From assembly GCA_963772095.1 (NCBI GenBank), contig CAVYVU010000017.1, forward strand, positions 31,402-95,401: a stretch of DNA of 64,000 bases, in the 5' to 3' direction. The notes under the pieces were generated by a model. It did not search any database and was not told the origin of the DNA. It worked only from the letters and a program-made list of their open reading frames with translations. This document shows, piece by piece, positions 1-10,400 of the stretch. Origin of the DNA: an uncultured Thermoleophilia bacterium. GTDB taxonomy: Bacteria; Actinomycetota; Thermoleophilia; RBG-16-64-13. The translations under genes were made by a program, and so were the position numbers. The number at the start of each line of letters is the position of its first letter. Positions within the stretch are counted from its first letter, which is position 1.

Positions 1-1
1 C

Positions 2-580
2 ATGGTATGTGCCGACGTCCAGATCCCCGAGCCGGCCCGCAACCTGGCGCTGAACGGAGCCGAGATCATCCTGAAGCCTACCTGCCAGGGCTTCTTCATC
101 GGCGGGCTCCGCAACGGGGTTTCCATCACCCAGGCGCGGACGTTCGAGAACCAATGCTTCATGGTGAGCGTGAACCAGTGCGCGCCGGAGGGCATGGGGC
201 ATTCCCACGTCTGCGACCCGGAGGGCAGGGTCCTCGAGGAACTGGAGTCGACGGAGGCTTTCACCTGGGTGACGCTCAACCTCGATGAGGTCCTGCGCGC
301 CCGGCAGTACGGCGTGCTCGGATGCTATCCGTATCTGAAGATGCTGCGCGAGTGCCAGGAAGACACGCAGGCGCTCGGCGCGTGCTACGCCCGCGGGCTG
401 GCGAATGCCCCGGTCTTCGAGAATCTGCCGGGCGGTCCCCCGAAGACTCCCAGCGAGATAAGGCGCTTCGGCGACACGCGCCTCAGACCGGACAGGCGAT
501 GCGACCCTTCTAGCAAGGGACAAGGCCCGCTCGCCCCCTCGAGCGAAACGCGAGGTCCGACCCCGGAGGGGACCGGGTAG
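2..580 (+). CDS. carbon-nitrogen hydrolase (nitrilase/amidase superfamily) protein, 5'-truncated by window edge; C-terminal tail is low-complexity
   Basis: ORF translation VCADVQIPEPARNLALNGAEIILKPT...VTLNLDEVLRARQ matches C-N hydrolase C-terminal region; codon usage consistent with neighbours. Confidence 0.55.
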   Translation: MVCADVQIPEPARNLALNGAEIILKPTCQGFFIGGLRNGVSITQARTFENQCFMVSVNQCAPEGMGHSHVCDPEGRVLEELESTEAFTWVTLNLDEVLRARQYGVLGCYPYLKMLRECQEDTQALGACYARGLANAPVFENLPGGPPKTPSEIRRFGDTRLRPDRRCDPSSKGQGPLAPSSETRGPTPEGTG

Positions 581-599
581 ACCCAGACGAGGGGCGGCG

Positions 600-1292
600 C
601 TAGCCGATAAGGACCAGCCCCATGACCGCCCCGGAGGCCGCGCACTCCGGGCCCAGCGACCGGCCGATCGGATACATCGCCCACCCGAGTTTTTCGGCGA
701 TCAGAAACGCGTTGAGGCTGGCAGCTTCCATGGAAGGACGCGCTTTCAGCGGTTGGCGGCATTCCTCCAGCTTCAGCACTGCACAGTCCTGCTTTCCGCA
801 GAGGACCGTCTTGCAACTGCCGGCGCCGAACCCCACCGACAAGTAGTGCCCGTCGTAGAAGGCGGCCGCTTCAACGCCCCCCACGATCTCGAAGACCTTG
901 CGGTAGGCGCCGACGCGCTCTTTGTCGTCGCGGCCTCTGAGCAGCACCTCCGGCGCCACGTCGATCTTGAAGGCGATCGCCTGCTCGTATTGGCCCACCA
1001 GATGCCTCATCTCGTCGGGGCTCGGCGAGTTGGGCGGGCAGTTCGCGCAGATTCCGTACTCCCAGCATTTCGGTATGCGACATTTGAAAGAAACGCGGTC
1101 GTCGACGACCACCTCCGAGGCGGGGATGGCCCTGGCGGCAGTGGCGCCGAGGCTAACGGCGAGTTCCGCGTATCTCCCAGCATCGATGGCAAGCTTGGCC
1201 TCCGCCATCGGGTGGTCCACTTTGGCCACCTTTTCCGGGACGAACGATTCTGCGCACACTATTTGTCTCCTCTCAGGGCAGCGGTCAGTCAC
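600..1292 (-). CDS. Cys-rich predicted metal-binding protein (DUF2284-like)
   Basis: 230-aa ORF with CxxC/CPxC motifs (KCWEYGICANCPP, CGKQDC); family assignment from memory only. Confidence 0.4.
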   Translation of the reverse strand: MTDRCPERRQIVCAESFVPEKVAKVDHPMAEAKLAIDAGRYAELAVSLGATAARAIPASEVVVDDRVSFKCRIPKCWEYGICANCPPNSPSPDEMRHLVGQYEQAIAFKIDVAPEVLLRGRDDKERVGAYRKVFEIVGGVEAAAFYDGHYLSVGFGAGSCKTVLCGKQDCAVLKLEECRQPLKARPSMEAASLNAFLIAEKLGWAMYPIGRSLGPECAASGAVMGLVLIG

Positions 1293-1298
1293 ACCCGA

Positions 1299-3062
1299 TC
1301 ACAAGAACATATCCACCAGTTCCATCTTCCGGACGTCCGCCAAGCCCCGGTCGCATATCTTGAGCGTGGGGATGGAAACGGCTAAGCAGACGAAGGCGAC
1401 AGCCGTGTGAAGACCGGGGAAATCGGTGCCTAGCTCGTTTCTGATGGCTTGGTTGATGCCTCCCAGTCTCTCCACCACCTTTTCGGCAGGTTCTTCGGCG
1501 AAGAGCCCCAGCAGCGGCATGGGCAGTTCCCCCAGGATGTTGCCGTCGCGGGCCACGACGTAGCCGCCTCCCAACTCGGCGATCCGGTTGGCCACGAGAC
1601 TCATGTCGCGGTCGTCCGTACCGGCGACCATGAGGTTCATCTGCCCCGGGTTGAACGACGAGCCGATGGCGCCCGCCTGGATGCGGAACCCCTGGACGAA
1701 GGCCTTGCCGATGCGCCCGGAGGCTTCATGGCGGTCGAGCACGGCGATCTTGAGCACATCCTGTCCGGGATCGGCCAGGACCAGCCCGTCGCTCACCGGC
1801 AGCTCGAGACACCGGTCCTCCGTCACGAGGCTCCCCTGGTTCACCCCGATGACCCGGACCGCCACCCGGGCTCCCGAGCCCGCCGGCGCACGGACCGCGA
1901 AGTCCTCGGCGGTCGTCATCCTCTGGAGTTTGATGGTGTTGAAGAAGTAGTCCGGATACTCCGGCGCTCGCATCTCGCCGAGATAGATCCCGTCGCGAGC
2001 CACGAGCTTGCCGTCGGCGATGACCGCCGTCACTCGGAAGTCGGCAAGATCATCTACGAGCACTATGTCGGCGATCTTACCGGGAGCGATGCTCCCCATA
2101 TCGTCGCTCACCCGAAAGTACTCCGCCGCGTTTAGAGTCGCCATCTGGACGGCGACCAGAGGACTCACCCCACACCGGATGGCGCTGCGGACCTTGTGGT
2201 CCACATGGCCGTCGAGCGCAATGGAGTCGGCTTCCTGCTCGTCGGTCGAAAACGCAAAGTGTCGAGGATCGGCCCCCAGCTCGGTGATCGCCTTCACCAC
2301 CTGCTTGAGGTCTCTGCCGGCCGATCCCTCCCGGGCCTGAATGTGGACCCCTGCACGGATGCGCTCCATGGCTTCGGAGGCGGACACGGCCTCGTGTTCA
2401 GTGTATATGCCGAGGGCGGTCGTGGCGTTGGCAAGATTCGCGGGAATCTGGCCGAAGTGGCCGCCGATGAGCTTCCCCATCCGCCACGCGGCTTCCGTCA
2501 CCTTTCGCACTCCCTCGATGGGCAGATCCCAGAGAAACACGTTCCACTCGGCCAGACCGATGCATTCCGGCCAGGCAAGCATCTCGAGCATGTCCTCCGG
2601 CCCGATGGTGTCGGTATTGCCGAGCGGACCATGGCCAAGATAGTGATGCGGTGGGATGTTGAGGAGGACCTTCAGGGGAGTCGCCCTGATCTCATCGAGG
2701 GCAAAACGGATAGCTTTCCGCCCCGCGACTACCCCGATCTCGTAGAAATCGGTGGAGATGACGGTGGTGCCGTGAGGGATGACGGCTCGGGCGAATTCGG
2801 TCATAGAGAACTGGGAGCCCCCCACGTGGATGTGCCCGTCGATCAGACCCGGGCACAAATACCGGCCGCCGGCGTCGATGACCTGGGTCTCGGCGGCGAC
2901 GGCGTACGCTACATCGCCAACGGCGGCGACACGGCCACCCTTGATGGCGACGTCCGCCGCGTAGATCTCACCGCTGTTGACGTTCACCAGCCTTCCGTTC
3001 GCGATCACCGAGTCTGCCGGCGACTCACCTTTGGCGACTCGGACAAGCTCTTCCCTGTTCAT
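1299..3062 (-). CDS. ade: adenine deaminase
   Basis: 587-aa ORF; N-terminal GRLVNVNSGEIYAADVAIKGGRVAAVG and metal-binding LIDGHIHVGGSQF motif typical of adenine deaminase (amidohydrolase superfamily). Confidence 0.85.
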   Translation of the reverse strand: MNREELVRVAKGESPADSVIANGRLVNVNSGEIYAADVAIKGGRVAAVGDVAYAVAAETQVIDAGGRYLCPGLIDGHIHVGGSQFSMTEFARAVIPHGTTVISTDFYEIGVVAGRKAIRFALDEIRATPLKVLLNIPPHHYLGHGPLGNTDTIGPEDMLEMLAWPECIGLAEWNVFLWDLPIEGVRKVTEAAWRMGKLIGGHFGQIPANLANATTALGIYTEHEAVSASEAMERIRAGVHIQAREGSAGRDLKQVVKAITELGADPRHFAFSTDEQEADSIALDGHVDHKVRSAIRCGVSPLVAVQMATLNAAEYFRVSDDMGSIAPGKIADIVLVDDLADFRVTAVIADGKLVARDGIYLGEMRAPEYPDYFFNTIKLQRMTTAEDFAVRAPAGSGARVAVRVIGVNQGSLVTEDRCLELPVSDGLVLADPGQDVLKIAVLDRHEASGRIGKAFVQGFRIQAGAIGSSFNPGQMNLMVAGTDDRDMSLVANRIAELGGGYVVARDGNILGELPMPLLGLFAEEPAEKVVERLGGINQAIRNELGTDFPGLHTAVAFVCLAVSIPTLKICDRGLADVRKMELVDMFL

Positions 3063-3074
3063 GAAGGCGTCTCC

Positions 3075-3942
3075 TTATCCCTTTCTCGCCATGAACGCCA
3101 CGATAGCCTTCGCCATGTCGCTCGCCTCGAGGGCATAGAGCTCGCCCGTCTCCCGAGTCGCCACGGAAGGGTCGCCTATGTAACCAAGCGGAAAGAGCTC
3201 CCTCCACTTGCCCTTCTGGATGGCTTCGTCGAACTCTTCAGGAGACGGCAGCACCGGCAGCAGCGTGGCCGCTTCGACGCTCTTATCGAGCACGTCCGGA
3301 TACCAGCGCATTATCATGCTGGTCTCGAACTCCTCGGCGTGAACGTGCAGGTCCGACCGGACGAGCCGTTCTCGCGCCGCTTTGGTGGCCTCAGAATCGT
3401 CGGCCTGCAACAGGGCCTCGGGCGGCAAGGGCAGAGGCTTGTGGAAGGCGGAGGTATAGGCCTCCTCGATGAACTGACGGACAAAACCGCCCATCGTGTA
3501 GATCGCATCCACCCCTTGAGCCCGCACCGCGCGGATGGCTTCCATGATGGCGTCGTTGTGGGTGGGATCGCCGTGATGGTTGAGGATGAATTGCCGGGTG
3601 AATCCCCACTTGGCATACTCGGCCAACAGCTCGCTGAGCACCGCGACGAACGTCCCTCGACTGATGCCCAGAGACCCGGGGAACATACCGGTGGTGGGAT
3701 TCATGCCGAAGTAGTAAGGCGGTGCCATCACCGTTTCCACCCCGGACTCGATCGAGCTCCTTCCTCATCAGTGAACAGAGCAGATACGCCCCATACGTGT
3801 CCGTGGCCAGGGGCAGGTGAGGCCCGTGCTGCTCGATGACCGCGATGGGGACCAGCATCACGGCTTTCCTTGCCGCTGCCGCCTCCACGGCCGGCCAGCT
3901 CATGTCTGCGATCGTGCCCTGAAACACGGAATAGGATCCCAC
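3075..3942 (-). pseudogene. creatininase-family amidohydrolase split by a frameshift near 3740-3790
   Basis: N-terminal fragment ORF 3391..3942 (MSWPAVEAAAARKAVMLVPIAVIEQHGPHLPLATDTYGAY) and C-terminal fragment ORF 3075..3740 (ILNHHGDPTHNDAIMEAIRAVRAQGVDAIYTMGG) are in different frames. Confidence 0.7.
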
Positions 3943-4019
3943 CTGAAACCTCCTCCACTCCTTAGGCGTTGAAGCCGCTCAACGTGAATAGCATGCGTGG
4001 CGTCAAAAGCGCAAACTGG

Positions 4020-5414
4020 CTAGTCGCATCCTCCGGTCCGCTCAAAGGGGGAGCGCGCGGCGTCAGTAGCGACCGACGCCTCGATGCCATCGGGAGCCAG
4101 CAGGACAGTGCCGCTCTCGACGCCGGCCATCACCGCGGCTCCCTCTGCCGATGCGGCTCGAAGGACGTCATTTTCAGCGTCCAGCGCTACACGCGCCGCG
4201 GAACGCTGGGCGCGGGGATCGAGCCGAAGGATGATCACGATCCCAATGCAGGCGAAGCCACAGGCGATGAAGAACGGCACTTGGTAGCCCACGAAGTTGA
4301 GCACGATCCCGGCCAGTACAGGCACGACGATCGCGGTGGCGTGCAGGAAGGTCACCCCCATGGCGAGGCTCGGAGGTATGTCCTCAGGGACTGCGATCTT
4401 GCGCAGGTACGTGGCTGCCCCGATGGGCGACAGCGGTGTGATGAAGTAATAGATCACAAAGAAGATGCAGGCGAGGATGACGTTGTTCGCCAAAGCGTAC
4501 CCGCCCAAGGCCACGATATAGGCCACGTTGATGACGGACAACGTGCGGCGTTCGCCGTAGCGGTCGAGCATCCGGCCGGCCCATGACGACGAGACCATGC
4601 CCACCACCGCGGCCGCCAGCAGTACGATGCAGATCGAGGCCACGCTCAGATGGAAGTGATTGACGAGCACCCACAAGCCGAAAGAGAAGAACAACTGCTG
4701 TCGAGCTCCGTCCAGCGCATTGAGCCAGTAGTAGTAGCGATAGTCACGCCGCAGCACCAAGCGTCGTTGCGCCAGCACGGCCTTGGAGGGCTTCCCTTGG
4801 TGCAGATGAGGGAAGCCCACGATCGCGGCCGCGGCGATTAGGGATATCGCGCCAAGCGCGAGAAACACCGGATGGAACGAAGACAGCTTGAACAGGAAGA
4901 TGAAGAGGATGATCGCGGTACCGGCGAGTGCCCCGCCCTGGACGTACGCCGCCATCTTGCCCAGGATGCTGCCGCTCTCGGACTCCTCGGTGAGGGTCAT
5001 GCCGAGGGAGTACTGGGTCTGCAAGACCGTGTGGAAGCCTACGCTTGAGATGATCACCCACGGGATGACCGTCCAGAAGTTGGTTGCCAGGGCGAAGCCG
5101 CCAAGCCCGACACCGAGGGCCACGAGCGCGAAGGCTGTGAGCCGCTGCTGGGAGAGACGGTAGAAGAGGGCGGTCAGGAAGATGAGAAAGAAGCCCGGGA
5201 TCTCGCGGATTGCCGTGATGTAGCCGAACATCGGCCCGTTGAGATGCAAGACGCCCTGAAAATAGTTGGTGAGTATGGCCTGGTTGGCATAATAAGCCAG
5301 ACCGAATGCGGCCGACATCACGGCAAGCATGAGGTAGCCGCGTCCGACCGGAGTCCGCCACATGTCCAGCAGGCGCTTCATGCGGACGTCCCTATCGGCC
5401 GCGCTCGCCGGCAC
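4020..5414 (-). CDS. MFS transporter
   Basis: 464-aa ORF with about 12 predicted hydrophobic helices in the MFS layout. Confidence 0.75.
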   Translation of the reverse strand: MPASAADRDVRMKRLLDMWRTPVGRGYLMLAVMSAAFGLAYYANQAILTNYFQGVLHLNGPMFGYITAIREIPGFFLIFLTALFYRLSQQRLTAFALVALGVGLGGFALATNFWTVIPWVIISSVGFHTVLQTQYSLGMTLTEESESGSILGKMAAYVQGGALAGTAIILFIFLFKLSSFHPVFLALGAISLIAAAAIVGFPHLHQGKPSKAVLAQRRLVLRRDYRYYYWLNALDGARQQLFFSFGLWVLVNHFHLSVASICIVLLAAAVVGMVSSSWAGRMLDRYGERRTLSVINVAYIVALGGYALANNVILACIFFVIYYFITPLSPIGAATYLRKIAVPEDIPPSLAMGVTFLHATAIVVPVLAGIVLNFVGYQVPFFIACGFACIGIVIILRLDPRAQRSAARVALDAENDVLRAASAEGAAVMAGVESGTVLLAPDGIEASVATDAARSPFERTGGCD

Positions 5415-5451
5415 CCATCATTCCGAAGTTGGCGCAAACGTCTCCCGCGCA

Positions 5452-6093
5452 TCATGAGCAAAGTCTTGTCCCCAGCTCATAGGCCCGATCGCAATCCCGC
5501 GGGAACACATCCCTGCGCCGTGCGGCCTTGGCGTCCGGATCCCAGGCAGTGGACAAGTACTGGGAGTAGTCGTCGAACTGGTAGGTATCCGTGCTCAACA
5601 GGACCTCGCAGCTCCCGAAGATGCGGGTCATGATGGCCTGGGAAGCGGCGGCACTCGAGTCCTGGTGGAAGGCGGGGATGTGCTCCTCGGGGACGTTCAT
5701 CGTGTATATGAAGGCAGTCGGGATCTTTCGGGGAAAGATGGAGGCGTGGTCAGGGGTGTACGTCAGGTACGGGAACAGAAGACGCTCCATGAACGAACGC
5801 ATCTCCCCCGTCTCGGTGTGGAAATAAAAGGGCGATCCCAGTATCAACACATCGGCGTCGGACGCACGGTCCAGAAGAGGGCTGAGCTCGTCGCGCATGT
5901 TGCACCGGCCATAGCTCTTCCCACCCAGACGCTTACAGCCGAAGCAACTGGTGCAGCCCTGGTAGGTGTAGTCGTAAAGGTGCAGAAGTTCGGTCTCCGC
6001 GCCGGCATCCTCGCAACCGCGCAGAGCGCTCTCCAGCAGCGTCGCCGTGTTCCACTTCTTCCGCGGGCTGCCGTTGATGGCCATGGCTCTCAT
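5452..6093 (-). CDS. flavodoxin-fold NAD(P)H-dependent FMN reductase-like protein with N-terminal Cys cluster (iron-sulfur flavoprotein-like)
   Basis: 213-aa ORF MRAMAINGSPRKKWNTATLL; compact CTSCFGCKRLGGKSYGRC motif. Confidence 0.55.
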   Translation of the reverse strand: MRAMAINGSPRKKWNTATLLESALRGCEDAGAETELLHLYDYTYQGCTSCFGCKRLGGKSYGRCNMRDELSPLLDRASDADVLILGSPFYFHTETGEMRSFMERLLFPYLTYTPDHASIFPRKIPTAFIYTMNVPEEHIPAFHQDSSAAASQAIMTRIFGSCEVLLSTDTYQFDDYSQYLSTAWDPDAKAARRRDVFPRDCDRAYELGTRLCS

Positions 6094-6191
6094 CGGAAGC
6101 GCATCTCAATGCACTTGGCGCTCATCGCTTCTCCTTTCAGATGGCACCAGCTTACGCTTTGGTCGGCGAAGGAGCTCACCTTATGCCAACT

Positions 6192-7499
6192 CTACCTCGA
6201 CGTAATGGTCCCGACGATCGTCCACGAGCGGGATCGTGACACGCGTCCCTTCCTTGCCCAGGCCGACTCCGTCCAGTTTGCCTCGGACCGCGGGCTCCGG
6301 CATCTTCGCGACCCGCTCAGCCTCAGGCGTCTTCGCGACTCGCGTGATCGGTGATGTGGTAGAAGGTCTCGCGATACCGATAATGGATCTTGCACGACTC
6401 CCAGTGCTCCGGGATCAACGGCGTGAGTGCGCAGACTTGTCCACGTCCAGACTGGAGCACCGATAAGTGTCTCCACGACAGCCGGTACATCCAGCCCGCC
6501 GCCCCGGTGTACCAGGTCCAGCCGCCCCGTCCCGTATGCGGCGGCGCACCGTAGATGTCCGCGCTCATGACGTACGGCTCCACTTTGTAGAGTTCGCTCA
6601 GCTCCGGCCGGTCCGCCGTGGTGGACTGGATTGAGCATGGCGAACAGTTCCCACGCGCGCTCCGTGTCGCCCATCATGGCAAACGCCATGACGGCCCAGA
6701 TCGCGGCATGGGTATACTGGCCGCCGTTCTCCCGCACGCCGGGCACGTACCCCTTGATGTAGCCGGGCTCAAGAGTCGGATGTGTCGAACGGCGGCTCGA
6801 GCAGCTGGATCATGCCTGCGCTCGCGTCGCACCAGGAGCTTGTCCACCGCCGCCATGGCCTCGCGGGCTCGCCCTGGGTCTCCCGCCGCCCGATATCACC
6901 GCCCAGCTCTGGCTGATCGAATCGATGTGGCATTCGTCGTTCACCGACGAACCGAGGGGGGTGCCGTCGTCGAAGTATGCCCGCCGATACCAGCCGCCAT
7001 CCCACGCATGGGCCTCGATATTGGCCCAGCAGTTCCTCGGCCTGCCCGGCGCACACTTGGCCAGCCTCCGTCGTCTCCCCGATTCCGCGCCAGCTCCGCG
7101 AACAGCTGCAGGTTGTGGTAAAGGAACCAGGCCAGCCAGACGCTTTCTCCCCTGCCGTGCACGTCCGACAAGGTTCATGCCATCGTTCCAGTCGCCGGTC
7201 TTCATCAGCGGCAATCCATGGCGCCCAAATTGCAGGCCGTGCTTGAGGGCACGCACGCAATGCTCGTACAGCGTGGCGACGTCAGTCGACTGCTGCGGAA
7301 GATCGTAGTAGGCCTCCTCTTCGGGGCCCAATTCCCGGCCCTCGAGAAAAGCCACGGACTCGTCGAGGACACCGGTGTCGCCGGTCGAGGACACATAGCG
7401 ACACGTCGCGTATGGGCAGCCAGAGATAGTCGTCGGACGAATGGGTCCGTACCCCATGCCCCGCGGGAGGATGCCACCAGTGCTGCACGTCGCCCTCAC
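6192..7499 (-). pseudogene. cgs: C-terminal GH94 (glycoside-phosphorylase-like) domain of the cyclic glucan synthase, broken by at least 6 frameshifts
   Basis: GH94 motifs are spread across 5 reading frames: LWLP (main ORF), GDWNDGMNLVG and AWDGGWYRRAYFDDGTPLGSS (6810..7499), GESVWLAWFLYHNLQLFAELARNRGD (6941..7171), LLEPPFD (6769..7260), PGVRENGGQYTHAAIW (6192..6746), SADIYGAPPHTGRGGWTWYTGAAGWMYRL (6323..6583). Confidence 0.7.
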
Positions 7500-10400
7500 G
7501 GAACTGACGCCCGGCGCACCGCACGAGCTGCTCGCGGGCGAGCCAGGGAGAGGCGTGCATCAGGGCCATTGTGTCCTGCAGTTGATCGCGGAAACCGTAG
7601 GCACCGCCGGATTGGTAATAGCCGCTCCGACCCCAAATCCGCGAGGAGAGCGTCTGGTAGACCAGCCATCCGTTGGCCATGACGTTCAAAGCCTCGTCCG
7701 GAGTCTCAACGTACACCGCGCCCAGGGTACGGCTCCAGTGCGCCCACACAGCCTCCAGTGCCTGACGGGCGCCGGCAGGGCCACTGAACCGCTGCATCAA
7801 CCTTTGGGCTTCGTCCACATCGGCCGCCGACCCCAGCACGAACACGATGTCCTGCTCCTGCCCGTCGGCCAGGTCGACCTGGGTCTGGATCACCGCGCAT
7901 GGATCGAGTCCCGCACCTGTCCTGCCGGACAGGCGCGCTCGTCGCATAGCCGCGGGATCGGCCAGAGAACCGTTGCGACCGATGAACTCGGTGCGGCTCG
8001 CGGTGACGCTACGTCTCGCTCCGCTCGTTTGGGCGAAGACCACCCGGTCGGACCATTGGCGGGAATAGGGGTTACGGGCGAACAGCGCCCCTGTGTCGGC
8101 ATCCTTTTCGGTCACGATGTGCATGAGATTGGAGTGCCGCCACTCGCCCAGCACCAACTCCCAATACGCGGTGAGCGACAGCCGGCGATCACGCCCCGAG
8201 TGATTGCGCAGCTTCACCACCACGAACTTCACCGGGGCGTCCATGGCGACGTACGTGGTCATCTCCGAGAAGATCTTGGACTCGTCGTGTTCGAAGACGC
8301 TGTAACCGAAACCGTGTCTGCATTCGTAGCCCGACCGGCCGGGAACGGGAAGAGGAGCGGGCGACCAGAAGGTCCCGGTCTCCTCGTCGCGGATATACAT
8401 CGCCTCCCCGCTGCTGTCGCTCACCGGGTCGTTATGAAAGGTCGTCAAGCGAAATTCGTGAGCGTTCTCCACCCACGTATAGGCGCTACCGCTCTCGCTG
8501 ACGACCGTTCCGACGTAGGGACTTGCGATCACGTTCGCCCATGGGGCGGGTGTGCTCTCCCCCGGCTTCAGGCTGATGACGTATTCGCGGCCGTCCAACG
8601 TAAAGCCCCCGAGACCATTGTGGAAGAGGCTGTCTCGCCTTGCCGGAGGCGCGACTTTCTCGATGGCCGGTTGGCGAGAGGGCTCGAGAGCCCCGGGCAG
8701 GCGTTCGGCCGGGAGGCGGCGTTGCACCTGCTCGGCGAACGTCTCCGCCGTGTCGACAAGCACTACACGGGCAACAGTCTGGAACAGCACTCGGTCCTCT
8801 TCGGACAGCTCGTCCCCGCGCCTGAGGAATACGCCGCCAGGCTTGTCGAACACGGCGGCTTCGGGCCCTACGTTGATAAGGGCCATGATCTCGTCGTGCA
8901 GGACCGCCCGGTAGCCTGAGAAGTCCTCGATCAAGATCACCAGGTCCGCGGCCAAGCCCTTGATCCTCCAGTAGGCGTGGGCCTGCAGAGCCTGCCTGAC
9001 GAGGTCGATACGCGTCACTTCGGCGATGCGCACCAACACGATGGGCAGGTCGCCGGAGATCCCGAACCGCCAGAGTCCCGATTGACCGAGTTGATTACGG
9101 GCGATGATGCTGGCGGGGGCTCGCCTGGAAGCGTTCCCGTGGATGACGGAGGTGGCCAGGCGTCCGTAGAGCTGAGCATCCGCCTCAGTGACGTTGAGAA
9201 GGCGCAGCACCTCCTGACTTTGGAACCAGGCCATCTCGAATGCGCGCTCCACAAACCGGCGGTCGCCGTATTTTTCGACCAAAGCCAGGGCAGCTTCGCG
9301 AGTCTCGGCCACGCCGGAGATCACCTGCACGGTCACGGACTCGTCCAAAGGTACCGTCACCGAGCGGCGGATGGCCACGATGGGATCGAGGACCGGCCCC
9401 TCGGTGTTAGACAATGACGATCGTCTGTTGTCGTCGAATGCCAGCGGATTCGCCGCGGTCCTTCCCCGGCCTATGAACCGGGCCCGGTCGGTCTCGAACG
9501 AGGCATCCCCTCCGACTACGCCCGGGACAGCCAGCAGATGGAACATCCACGGGATCTCTTCCTCCGGAGTCCGGCGGCGCCGGCGGCAAAGGATGGCCCC
9601 ATGCCGGGGAAGGATCTCGGTCTGCACGAACAGGTTGCTGAAAGCACGGTGGGCGAGGTCGGCGTTCAATGGCGCCATGACCACTTCCGCGTAGCTCGTC
9701 ACCTCGATCTCGCGGGCCTCGGCGGACAGATTGGTGAGAGTGACACGACGGATCTCGACGTCGTCCTCGGGCGAAACACTGACCTCGGTGTGCGCTTCGA
9801 TGGCATCGTCGAGTCTGCGGTATTCGGCGCGAGCCTGCACGAAGACCGCCTCGTAGCGCTCGGCCTTTTTCCGCGTCGGTTGGTAGGCTGTCGACCAGTA
9901 GTCGCCTGTTCTGCGATCGCGCAGATAGATGAAGGTGCCGGAGCAATCGCAGGTGACGTCCTCGCGCCAGCGGGTCACAGCCAGGTCGCGCCAGTGGCTG
10001 TAGCCGCCGCCGGCGTTGGTAACCATCACGTGGTAACGGCCGTTGGAGAGCAGGTGAATCTCGGGCAGCGGCGTGTTCGGATCGGTGAGCACCCGGTGGA
10101 TGGCGCCGGTCTCCGCTGCTATCACGCGCCCGGCCTCAGCCGTCTCGCCCTCTCGTGGGTGCACGGTCACCGTGTGTTTCGGCACCCGTTCCTGAAGCAG
10201 CAGCTCAGTGGTGCGCACCAGCGGGTCCGAAAGAAACCGGCGCTGCATGGGTCCATCGAGCAACGCATGCCCCAGTGCCAGCAGGCTCATCCCCTGATGG
10301 TGGGCCATAAAGCAGCGCACGACAGCATGGTTCGTCCCCGGGAGTATGCGCGACGGCGTATAGTCGACGGCCTCGTACATCCCGTAGTCGCCAAGAAGAC